Assembly (NCBI RefSeq): GCF_000940845.1 | Contig: NZ_CP010341.1 | Coordinates: 810,001-842,000, forward strand | Direction: 5' to 3' | DNA from: Propionibacterium freudenreichii subsp. freudenreichii | Lineage (GTDB): Bacteria > Actinomycetota > Actinomycetes > Propionibacteriales > Propionibacteriaceae | Length of the DNA stretch: 32,000 nt | In this document: in pieces, positions 8,566 through 15,207 of the stretch | How the letters are laid out: each line of letters opens with the position of its first letter | Numbering within the stretch: the stretch's first letter is position 1 | The notes under the pieces: generated by a model | Told to the model about the DNA's origin: nothing | Database searches by the model: none | What the model saw: only the letters and a program-made list of their open reading frames with translations | Made by a program: the position numbers and the translations under genes

Positions 8566-8669
8566 GCGGGGCTTGCTCCAGCGCTGACCCCCCGGCGGAG
8601 TCCGCTCAATGCCCGACGGGCATGGCCGGCGCGGTGGGCGCCGGGCCCGTGCAGGCGGACACGAGTGCG

Positions 8670-9110
8670 CTACTGGTCCCCGTCATCGGGATCGATTTCG
8701 TCAATGCTGCGTCCGGTGAGGGCCACCAGCTGGTCCACGAGCGTCTCATGCACCAGTTCGCGCAACTGCGACTGATCGGCGGCCCGATGCTCCAGGGGCC
8801 GGCGGAACAGCACGATGCGCGCATTCTGACCCGGCTGTGCGTCCGTGGCGGAGGCCAGCGGAATGGCGTCACCGTAGTCGCCGTTGCTCCACAGCGCCCG
8901 CACGTCGGGCACCTCGTCGACGCCGATGTCGACATTGCGAATCACATCAGGGGCATGCGACGCCACCCGGGCAATGGCATCCTCGACGCAGGCCAGGAAG
9001 AGCCGGGTGCCACGCGGTGCCTGGGGCACCGGCATGGGGCGGTGGGTGTACGGATTGGGCAGGGCCAGCGGCCCGCGCAAGCCGCGTCCGTGACGGTCGC
9101 GAGTACGCAT
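8670..9110 (-). CDS. small metallopeptidase-family (zincin-like, DUF1025-type) protein; the HExxH motif is not intact
   Basis: This is the C-terminal 146 codons of the 454-aa track ORF 8670-10034. The start is the ATG complementary to 9108-9110: MRTRDRHGRGLRGPLALPNPY... The rest of that track ORF is antisense to DUF3499/HAD and was rejected. The pattern GPLA..P....R...F...V..A and VDIGVDEVPD, plus the position next to DUF3499 and whiB, match the conserved actinobacterial family. Only HETLV is present where HExxH is expected. Confidence 0.7.
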   Translation of the reverse strand: MRTRDRHGRGLRGPLALPNPYTHRPMPVPQAPRGTRLFLACVEDAIARVASHAPDVIRNVDIGVDEVPDVRALWSNGDYGDAIPLASATDAQPGQNARIVLFRRPLEHRAADQSQLRELVHETLVDQLVALTGRSIDEIDPDDGDQ

Positions 9111-9117
9111 ACTCCCA

Positions 9118-9123
9118 AGCCTA
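9118..9123 (-). promoter_or_regulatory. -10-like hexamer TAGGCT placed 7 nt upstream of the metallopeptidase-like ATG (leaderless-type)
   Basis: The reverse complement of 9111-9123 reads TAGGCT TGGGAGT, then ATG. The identical hexamer and spacing occur at 9780-9785 before the HAD gene. Confidence 0.35.
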
Positions 9124-9125
9124 GG

Positions 9126-9158
9126 CGTTCGCCACGGTGGGGCCGGCCGTGGCGAACG
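9126..9158. promoter_or_regulatory. perfect 12-bp inverted repeat CGTTCGCCACGG-N9-CCGTGGCGAACG (candidate operator or stem-loop)
   Basis: The arms at 9126-9137 and 9147-9158 are exact reverse complements. The repeat sits immediately upstream of the TAGGCT -10, across the expected spacer/-35 zone of the minus-strand promoter. No upstream gene exists on that strand for it to terminate. Confidence 0.45.
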
Positions 9159-9193
9159 ACAGGTGAGGCGCACGACGTGTGTTTCACGGGGCG

Positions 9194-9218
9194 CGCGTTC
9201 CACGGGACACGCGTTCCA
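9194..9218. repeat. direct repeat CGCGTTCCA x2 (9194-9202 and 9210-9218, 16-bp period), bracketed by inverted heptamers ACGTGTG (9175-9181) and CACACGT (9222-9228)
   Basis: Read directly in the 171-bp divergent intergenic region. Confidence 0.4.
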
Positions 9219-9246
9219 AGGCACACGTGGGTGGCGGGGGCGCGTC

Positions 9247-9265
9247 GTGACAAGGGCTTTGTCAC
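9247..9265. promoter_or_regulatory. 7-bp inverted repeat GTGACAA-gggct-TTGTCAC about 17-23 nt upstream of the DUF3499 start
   Basis: The arms at 9247-9253 and 9259-9265 are exact reverse complements. It is followed by TAACCT (9275-9280), a TANNNT hexamer 7 nt before GTG 9288. Confidence 0.35.
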
Positions 9266-9281
9266 CGCAGTGGCTAACCTT

Positions 9282-9677
9282 GTGCGGGTGAAGGCTCGGC
9301 GTTGTTCCCGGAACAGTTGCAGTGAGCGCGCCGTGGCGACACTCACCTTTTCGTATCCCGATTCCACGGCAGTGGTGGGTCCGTTGTCCGGCGAGGTCGA
9401 GCCGGGCACCTACGACCTGTGCGCCGACCACGCGCGCACCCTGAGCGTGCCGCGTGGCTGGCAGATCATCCGGCTGGCCGACATCGCGGAGACCGTGCCG
9501 GTACCCGATGACGATGACGACCTGCTGGCCCTGGCCAACGCCGTGCGTGAGATCGGCCTGGGCGGTGCGCCCATGCCCGCGCCGGCCCCGGTGCGCCAAC
9601 CCGACGAATCGGGGATCGTGGAGCTGGCCCACCGTGGCCACCTGCGCGTGATCGCCGACCAGAAGCGGGCCCGCTGA
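9282..9677 (+). CDS. DUF3499 domain protein (putative Cys/His zinc-ribbon-like N-terminus, acidic linker)
   Basis: This is the last 131 codons of track ORF 8622-9677. The upstream part of that ORF is antisense to the metallopeptidase-like gene. Sequence reads RRCSRNSCSERAVATLTFSYPDSTAVVGPLSGEVEPGTYDLCADHARTLSVPRGWQIIRL, which matches the DUF3499 pattern I know from Streptomyces and Mycobacterium neighbours of whiB2. The start is GTG 9282 or GTG 9288 and remains uncertain. Confidence 0.75.
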   Translation: MRVKARRCSRNSCSERAVATLTFSYPDSTAVVGPLSGEVEPGTYDLCADHARTLSVPRGWQIIRLADIAETVPVPDDDDDLLALANAVREIGLGGAPMPAPAPVRQPDESGIVELAHRGHLRVIADQKRAR

Positions 9678-9779
9678 CGGTGACCCACCCCATTCGCTCG
9701 TCGCACCGCGATGTCGGCGGCACCACCGTCGTCGCCCGGCGGGACCTCCGCAGGCCCGGGCACGGGTTCCCCGGTGCAT

Positions 9780-9785
9780 TAGGCT
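9780..9785 (+). promoter_or_regulatory. -10-like hexamer TAGGCT placed 7 nt upstream of ATG 9793 (leaderless-type)
   Basis: The sequence TAGGCT GGCCGGC ATG was read directly. No Shine-Dalgarno sequence is present. Confidence 0.35.
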
Positions 9786-9792
9786 GGCCGGC

Positions 9793-10608
9793 ATGACTGA
9801 ATCGGCTTCCCCGGCATTTCCGGCGCTGGTTGCCTTCGATCTGGATGACACCCTCGCACCGTCGAAGTCGCCGCTGCCGCGTCCCATGGCCCGGGCACTG
9901 AGCGAACTGCTCGCGGTGCGTCCGGTCTGCATCATCTCCGGCGGACGCTTCCAGCAGTTCATCAGCCAGGTGCTGGAGCGCATGCCCGCCGACGCGCCAC
10001 TGGGCAACCTGCACCTGATGCCCACCTGCGGCACCCGCTACGAGCGCTTCACCGGCGAGGGCTGGCATGAGGCCTATGCGCACGACCTCGATGCCGCCGA
10101 ACGCGACCAGGCGATCGCGTCGCTGGAGGCCCGCGCCAAGCAGCTCCACCTGTGGGAGCCCGACGACATCGTCACCGGCCCCCGTGTGGAGGACCGCGGC
10201 TCGCAGATCACCTACTCGGCACTGGGCCAGAACGCCGCCGTCGACGCCAAGAAGGCGTGGGATCCCGACGGTTCCAAGCGCGAGGCGCTGCGTGCCGCCG
10301 TCGCCACCGACCTTCCCGATCTGGAGGTGCGGGCCGGCGGCTCCACCTCGATCGACATCACCCGCAAGGGCATCGACAAGGCCTACGGAATGCGGGCCCT
10401 GTCGGAGCAGACGGGCATCGCATTGCACGACATGTTGTTCATCGGCGACCGCTTGCAGCCGGGTGGCAATGACCACCCCGTGCTCACCCTCGGCGTGCCC
10501 TGCCACGCCGTGACCGGGCCTGATGACACTCTTGAATATCTGCACAGGTTGATTCCTTCCCTGCGAGCCGGCAAGCCCGCTGACCTAGAGCTCTTGCTGT
10601 CCGCCTGA
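9793..10608 (+). CDS. HAD-IIB hydrolase of the eukaryotic-type phosphomannomutase (PMM) family
   Basis: 271 aa. The catalytic DxDxT motif is FDLDDTL. By-eye alignment to human PMM2 gives these matches:
- ISGGRFQQF vs VGGSDFEKV
- SIDITRKGIDKAY vs SFDVFPDGWDKRY
- FIGDRLQPGGNDHPVL vs FFGDKTMPGGNDHEIF
- VTGPDDT vs VTAPEDT. Confidence 0.8.
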   Translation: MTESASPAFPALVAFDLDDTLAPSKSPLPRPMARALSELLAVRPVCIISGGRFQQFISQVLERMPADAPLGNLHLMPTCGTRYERFTGEGWHEAYAHDLDAAERDQAIASLEARAKQLHLWEPDDIVTGPRVEDRGSQITYSALGQNAAVDAKKAWDPDGSKREALRAAVATDLPDLEVRAGGSTSIDITRKGIDKAYGMRALSEQTGIALHDMLFIGDRLQPGGNDHPVLTLGVPCHAVTGPDDTLEYLHRLIPSLRAGKPADLELLLSA

Positions 10609-10668
10609 TGCGTCGCAATCGGCGCATCAGAGATCACCTGAGGCAGAAAGGAATGAAGGAGCACAACG

Positions 10669-10869
10669 ATGGCCCTGACCGCCGAGTTGGAAATGCCGAC
10701 CACCTTCCTGGAGATCGCTGCCTGCCCGCAGTGCCACTCCAAGCTGGCCGTGGACTACGAGCACAGCGAGCTTGCCTGCACGAACAGCCTGTGCGGGCTT
10801 GCCTATCCGGTGCGCGACGGCATCCCCATCCTGCTCGTTGACGAGGCCCGTTCCACCAAGAAGATCTGA
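10669..10869 (+). CDS. Trm112-family small zinc-ribbon protein (UPF0434)
   Basis: 66 aa with a strong RBS (GAAGGAG) 7 nt upstream. Motifs are LEIAACPQCHSKL...L.C.N..CGLAYPVRDGIPILLVDEA. Confidence 0.85.
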   Translation: MALTAELEMPTTFLEIAACPQCHSKLAVDYEHSELACTNSLCGLAYPVRDGIPILLVDEARSTKKI

Positions 10870-10876
10870 CACCTCC

Positions 10877-11893
10877 ATGAGCGACTTCGATGATTCGACC
10901 CTCGACGATCCGCAGGCCCTCACCGTTGCCGACACGTTGATGCGTGAGCTGGCCTCGGTGGGCGCACGCATCCGCACCGAGGCCGCGGCGGTGACGCCCT
11001 GCAGCTCGCAGGGCCTGTCGTCATTGCGCGGCGTGGTCACCGTCGGCAAGGAGGCCCGCCTGGTGCGGGCCGTGCTCGAACCCACCAGCCGGGTGCCGTT
11101 CGTGGCCTGGCCATTCGCCGGCCTGCCGGCCTGGGTGGGTGCCCTCGACCTCGTGATCGTGCTCGGTTCGGGCGCCGGCGATGATCCTTCGCTGCTGTCC
11201 ACCGTGGGTGAGGCCGTCAAGCGCGGTGCGGCGTTGATCGTGGCTGCCGAGGAGGATTCCCTGGTGGCCCGCGCCGCCAGGAGCTCGGCCACCCAGCTGG
11301 TGGCCACCCGCACGGGCGATCCGCTGGCCGCGGCCATCGCCGTGATGTCGATCCTGCATGACATCCGGCTCGGTCCCGAGGTGGTGCCCGCCGATACCGC
11401 CGAGGTCGCCGACATGGCCGCCGAGAACGCGAGTCCCTTCCGTGACCTGTCCGACAACCCGGCCAAGGACCTGGCCGTGGCACTGGCCGATGCACAACCC
11501 CTGGTGTGGGGCGGATCGGTGCTGGCCGCCCGCGCGGGACGACGGGTCGCCGAGGCGCTGCGCAGGGCCAGTGGCCGCGCAGCCCTGGCCAGCGGCTCGG
11601 AGGAACTGCTCCTGGTGATCGAGGGGGCCCCACCGCGTGACCCCTTCGCCGACCCCGGTGCCGGCCCGGCCTTGCGTCCGGTGCTGATCATCCTGGACGA
11701 CCAGGCCAACTCCCCGGAGATGGACGTCGAACGCCAGCGGCTGGTCGCCGCCGCGCGGGCGCACGATGTGCGCGTGGTGACGCTGGATGCCGGGCGCGGT
11801 TCCGACCTGGACTGCTATGTCTCGCTGCTGCAGCAGGGCCGGTACGGCGCCGCCTACCTGTCGATCGGCCTGGGACGCCGACTGGGCGCGTAG
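10877..11893 (+). CDS. SIS-type protein of the bifunctional phosphoglucose/phosphomannose isomerase C-terminal family (Rv3256c-like)
   Basis: The ATG at 10877 lies 7 nt after the Trm112 stop. The track ORF 10772-11893 begins further upstream and overlaps Trm112. 338 aa with motifs DLVIVLGSG, GAALIVAAEE and DNPAKDLAVALADAQPLVWGG. Its position downstream of the PMM slot matches conserved actinobacterial synteny. The family assignment is from memory. Confidence 0.65.
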   Translation: MSDFDDSTLDDPQALTVADTLMRELASVGARIRTEAAAVTPCSSQGLSSLRGVVTVGKEARLVRAVLEPTSRVPFVAWPFAGLPAWVGALDLVIVLGSGAGDDPSLLSTVGEAVKRGAALIVAAEEDSLVARAARSSATQLVATRTGDPLAAAIAVMSILHDIRLGPEVVPADTAEVADMAAENASPFRDLSDNPAKDLAVALADAQPLVWGGSVLAARAGRRVAEALRRASGRAALASGSEELLLVIEGAPPRDPFADPGAGPALRPVLIILDDQANSPEMDVERQRLVAAARAHDVRVVTLDAGRGSDLDCYVSLLQQGRYGAAYLSIGLGRRLGA

Positions 11894-11920
11894 TCGCCCC
11901 CTGTCCGGTCCACTGACGCG

Positions 11921-11954
11921 TCCACGGGCTGGCGGCGGATGGCCGACCCGTGGA
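11921..11954 (+). terminator. stem-loop downstream of the SIS gene (candidate terminator)
   Basis: TCCACGGG (11921-11928) pairs with CCCGTGGA (11947-11954). Four further pairs follow after a 1-nt mismatch, leaving an 8-nt loop. The sequence after it is TGTGGACTTTC. The U tract is weak. Confidence 0.35.
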
Positions 11955-12004
11955 TGTGGACTTTCATGAAGGTGACGTGCACAGCTGATGGAGGCGTCGG
12001 GCAG

Positions 12005-13045
12005 ATGAGTGAAGCAGCCGAATCCGTGGCGGACGAGTCCGCGTCGAATGGGTCCCCGGCAACCGGGCAGCCCGCGTCGGGCGAGCATGGCGGTACCAGG
12101 GCGACGATTGCCGCGCTGACGGCCAACCTGGCGATCGCCATCACCAAGCTGGTGGCCTGGCTGCTCACCGGGGCGGCCTCGATGCTCTCCGAGGCGATCC
12201 ACTCGTTCGCCGACACGGGAAACCAGATCCTGCTGCTCATCGGCGGACGCCAGGCGAAGAAGCAGGCCAACCGCGCCCATCCCTTCGGCTACGGGCGCCA
12301 GCGCTACATCAACGCCTTCCTGGTGGCCGTCATCCTCTTCTCGGTCGGCGGCCTGTTCGCCCTGTACGAGGCCATCCGCAAGATCGGCGACGTCGCGCAT
12401 GGCGAGGAGAACCAGCTGCTCAGCTCGCAGTGGTGGTGGGTGCCCCTGGCCGTGCTGGGAGTCAGCCTGATCGCCGAGGGGCTGAGCCTGCGCACCGCGA
12501 TGCGTGAGACCCATGAGGCACGCCAGCGCCATCGTGGAGTGATCGCCTTCGTGCGTCGCTCGCGCTCACCCGAGCTTCCCGTGGTCATGTTGGAGGACTC
12601 CGCCGCGCTGATCGGCCTGGTCTTCGCCCTGCTCGGCGTTGGGCTCACACTGATCACCGGCAATGGCCTGTTCGACGTGATCGGCTCGGGCATGATCGGC
12701 CTGCTGCTGATCGCGGTGGCCGTGCTGCTCGGCGTCGAGATGCAGAGCCTGCTGCTGGGCGAATCGGCGATGCCCGAGGTGGAGGACGCCATCGTGGCGG
12801 CCTTGGACCAGACCCCCGGAGTGCGCGGCGTGATCCACCTGAAGACCGTCCACGTGGGCCCCGAACAGATCATGGTGGCCGCCAAGATCGACGTCGCGTC
12901 CAGCGAGAGTGCCGAGCAGCTTGCCGACACCATCGACGCCGCCGAGGTGAACATCCGCACCGCAGAGCCGATGTGCCGCTACATCTACCTCGAGCCCGAT
13001 ATCCGCGACGAGGACTATCACCCGGCACGCCCGACGACGGCCTGA
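12005..13045 (+). CDS. cation diffusion facilitator (CDF) family metal efflux transporter
   Basis: Motifs are TRATIAALTANLAIAITKLVAWLLTGAASMLSEAIHSFADTGNQILLLIGGRQAKKQANRAHPFGYGRQRYINAF, followed by a C-terminal cytoplasmic domain. The track ORF starts at 11939. I prefer ATG 12005, which has GGAGG 12 nt upstream and lies downstream of the hairpin at 11921-11954. Confidence 0.88.
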   Translation: MSEAAESVADESASNGSPATGQPASGEHGGTRATIAALTANLAIAITKLVAWLLTGAASMLSEAIHSFADTGNQILLLIGGRQAKKQANRAHPFGYGRQRYINAFLVAVILFSVGGLFALYEAIRKIGDVAHGEENQLLSSQWWWVPLAVLGVSLIAEGLSLRTAMRETHEARQRHRGVIAFVRRSRSPELPVVMLEDSAALIGLVFALLGVGLTLITGNGLFDVIGSGMIGLLLIAVAVLLGVEMQSLLLGESAMPEVEDAIVAALDQTPGVRGVIHLKTVHVGPEQIMVAAKIDVASSESAEQLADTIDAAEVNIRTAEPMCRYIYLEPDIRDEDYHPARPTTA

Positions 13046-13104
13046 CAGTGGCCTGAGGGAGGCGCCCCCCCGGCACCGCCAGCACAGAGGAATCAGGACA
13101 GAAA

Positions 13105-13140
13105 AATATCGCGACCCCACCGGAGCGGGGTCGCGATATT
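13105..13140. terminator. 14-bp perfect stem-loop between convergent genes; U tract on the minus-strand side
   Basis: AATATCGCGACCCC (13105-13118) pairs with GGGGTCGCGATATT (13127-13140), with an 8-nt loop. Read on the minus strand, the stem is followed by TTTTCTG. It lies 60 nt after the DUF3039 stop and 60 nt after the CDF stop. Confidence 0.65.
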
Positions 13141-13200
13141 CACGGTCTGCGTTGGGCAGCGCCCGCATCAGTGCCTGATGCCAGCGATGCCGGTGTCGGC

Positions 13201-13464
13201 TCAGGCGTCGGGGCCCTTGTCCTTGCCCGGCTTCATCGACTCCCAGATCTCCTTGCACGTGGGGCACACCGGGAACCGCTCGGGATTGCGCGAGGGCACC
13301 CACACCTTGCCGCACAGGGCGACCACCGGAGTGCCATTGACCATGGCCTCCATCAGCTTGCCCTTGGGCACATAGTGGCTGAAACGCTCCTCGTCGCCCT
13401 CTTCGCGCAGGGGCTGCGTGCGTTCCTTGGTGATCGTTTCCGAGCCGGGTGCCAACTGAGTCAT
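13201..13464 (-). CDS. DUF3039 domain protein
   Basis: 87 aa. ERFSHYVPKGKLMEAMVNGTPVVALCGKVWVPSRNPERFPVCPTCKEIWE matches the DUF3039 signature, including ALCGK.WVP and the CPxC motif. Confidence 0.85.
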   Translation of the reverse strand: MTQLAPGSETITKERTQPLREEGDEERFSHYVPKGKLMEAMVNGTPVVALCGKVWVPSRNPERFPVCPTCKEIWESMKPGKDKGPDA

Positions 13465-13594
13465 GCCTCCATGGTGGCACAGTCACACAAGACATTCCGA
13501 CACCGCACATTCGTCACCGGCCGTGCGCATCACCGACGGCGGGTTGGCCCGCGAACTTCCCATCGGTTTGCCCGGTTTGATTGGATGGACCATC

Positions 13595-15034
13595 GTGACG
13601 AACGCCATTGAATCCCGCACCGGCGAATCCCGCACCCGACCCAATCGTGGTCTGATCGTGGCGATCCTGGTGGGCGTTCTCGCCATCGCCTTCGAGGCAT
13701 ACGGCACGGCCACCGCGATGCCCGCCGTCGCCGGTCAGTTCCACCGCCTCGACCTCTACGACTGGGCCTTCACCATCTTCACCATTGCCCAGGTCTTCGC
13801 CATCGTGATCGGCGGACGGATGGCCGACCGCACCGGCGTGGTGGTGCCGCTGGTCGCCGGTTCGGTGATCTTCGGCATCGGACTGCTGGGGGCCGGCGCC
13901 TCCCCGTCGATGCACTTCCTGCTGGCGATGCGCGGCGTGCAGGGCTTCGGCGGCGGCGCACTCAATGTGGCCCTCATGGTGCTGGTGGCCCAGGCCTTCG
14001 GCGAGGAACAGCGCCAGCGGCTGATGACCGCCTTCTCATTCTGTTGGGTGCTGCCGAGCTTCGCCGGGCCGCCCATCGCCGCGGCGATCACCGAGAAGCT
14101 CAGCTGGCACTGGGTGTTCTGGGGACTGTTGCCGATCCTGGTGGCGGCCGTGGTGCTGGGGGCCATCTCCCTGCGGCGGGTGGAGCTGCCACACGGGGCC
14201 GCGTCCTTCGACGACCTCGACGCCCCCCGCGGGCCCGACTCGCGACCGGTGCCGATCTGGGCGGCCGGCGTGGGTGCCGGTGGGGCCGCACTGCTGCAGT
14301 GGGCCGGTCACCGGGTGGACCGCATCGACTGGATCGTCATCACCGTGGCGGTGGTGGGGATCGCCGCCCTCGTCGTGGCGCTGCCCGCCCTGATGCCCAC
14401 CGGGTTCTTCCGGTTGCGGCCGGGCCTGGCCTCGGTGATGCCGGTGCGCGGCCTGCAATCGGGTGCCTTCATGGCCTCGGAGAGCTATCTGCTGCTGGTG
14501 CTCACCCAGTCCCGCGGGTTCAGCCTGCAACATGCCAGCTATCTGCTGTGCCTCAGCGCGGCCACCTGGTGCCTGGCCTCCTGGATCCAGGCGCAGCCGT
14601 GGCTGAGGCTGCGACGCGACCAGATCATCGCGCTGGGTGCCGTGATCAACACGGCCGGCCTGGGCGCCATGCTCGCCTGCGTCGCCATCGAGGGGTCTCC
14701 ACTGGTCATCCTGATCGTCGGCTACGCGCTGGGCGGGTTCGGCATGGGCCTGGTGGTGGCCAGCACCTCGCTTGCCGTGATGACGCTGAGCCATCCCGCC
14801 CAGTTGGGACGCTCCACCTCGTCGCTGCAGGTGGCCGAGGGCATGGGCAACTCGGTGATCGTGGGCATCGCCGGATCGTTCTACGCCGCGTTGATGGGCC
14901 ATTCGTGGCAGCTCGTCTTCGGATCGGTGTTCGTGGTGGCCGTCACCTGCTCGGCGGCCTCGATCATCTCGGCGCTGCGCATCGGGCCCGTGCGCAATGA
15001 CGTGGCAGGGGTGGGCCCCCAGAAGTCCTGGTGA
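13595..15034 (+). CDS. MFS transporter (about 12-14 TM helices)
   Basis: MFS-type motifs are GGRMADRTGVVVPLVAGSVIFGIGLL and MRGVQGFGGGALNV, and hydrophobic helices run throughout. The start is uncertain. The track ORF starts at ATG 13463, which would overlap the divergent DUF3039 start and add a non-hydrophobic, atypical 44 aa. In-frame alternatives are TTG 13577 and GTG 13595. Confidence 0.8.
   Translation: MTNAIESRTGESRTRPNRGLIVAILVGVLAIAFEAYGTATAMPAVAGQFHRLDLYDWAFTIFTIAQVFAIVIGGRMADRTGVVVPLVAGSVIFGIGLLGAGASPSMHFLLAMRGVQGFGGGALNVALMVLVAQAFGEEQRQRLMTAFSFCWVLPSFAGPPIAAAITEKLSWHWVFWGLLPILVAAVVLGAISLRRVELPHGAASFDDLDAPRGPDSRPVPIWAAGVGAGGAALLQWAGHRVDRIDWIVITVAVVGIAALVVALPALMPTGFFRLRPGLASVMPVRGLQSGAFMASESYLLLVLTQSRGFSLQHASYLLCLSAATWCLASWIQAQPWLRLRRDQIIALGAVINTAGLGAMLACVAIEGSPLVILIVGYALGGFGMGLVVASTSLAVMTLSHPAQLGRSTSSLQVAEGMGNSVIVGIAGSFYAALMGHSWQLVFGSVFVVAVTCSAASIISALRIGPVRNDVAGVGPQKSW
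13610..13636 (+). repeat. 12-nt perfect direct repeat GAATCCCGCACC x2 with a 15-nt period (in-frame, encoding ESRTG/ESRTR)
   Basis: Copies at 13610-13621 and 13625-13636 were read directly. They lie in the N-terminal cytoplasmic stub of the MFS gene. Confidence 0.6.
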
Positions 15035-15207
15035 GGTGCGTGGCCGCCACGCCGTCGGGCTGAACGGTGGTGGGACCGGCCCGTGGCCGCTCGCGGCCTG
15101 CCGGCCGGGGCGGCCCCTGCTCGGCCGCCGGCCATGTAGCGGCGATCGATGGATTCGTGGGCGTTCCATGGGCGCTGGTTCGGTTGGTCGCATGGCATGC
15201 TAGGCCC

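Noticed and set aside
8622-10034. 351-aa plus-strand ORF (8622-9677) and 454-aa minus-strand ORF (8670-10034) overlapping each other
   Set aside because: Each contains one real gene at its 3' end: DUF3499 from about 9282 on the plus strand, and the metallopeptidase-like gene up to 9110 on the minus strand. Each real gene is fused to an antisense read-through of the other gene. Only the motif-bearing parts were kept.
10870-10876. CACCTCC immediately before the SIS-gene ATG
   Set aside because: It is identical to, not complementary to, the 16S rRNA 3' end, so it is not a Shine-Dalgarno sequence. It is probably coincidental, and initiation is more likely by re-initiation 7 nt after the Trm112 stop.
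13039-13056. GGCCTGA repeated twice (11-nt period) at the CDF gene stop
   Set aside because: It is only a 7-mer of common GC-rich composition. That is too short to distinguish from chance, unlike the 13-18-nt duplications at menD and pncB.
13465-13476. Three-codon mini-ORF ATG GAG GCA TGA whose stop overlaps the DUF3039 ATG
   Set aside because: It is too short to evaluate. The GGAGG within it is more simply a closely spaced RBS-like sequence.
13463-13594. N-terminal 44-codon extension of the MFS ORF starting at ATG 13463
   Set aside because: It would place the start back-to-back with the divergent DUF3039 start codon, leaving no promoter space. It would also add a His/Ser/Thr-rich non-membrane peptide. 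Not excluded, but judged unlikely.
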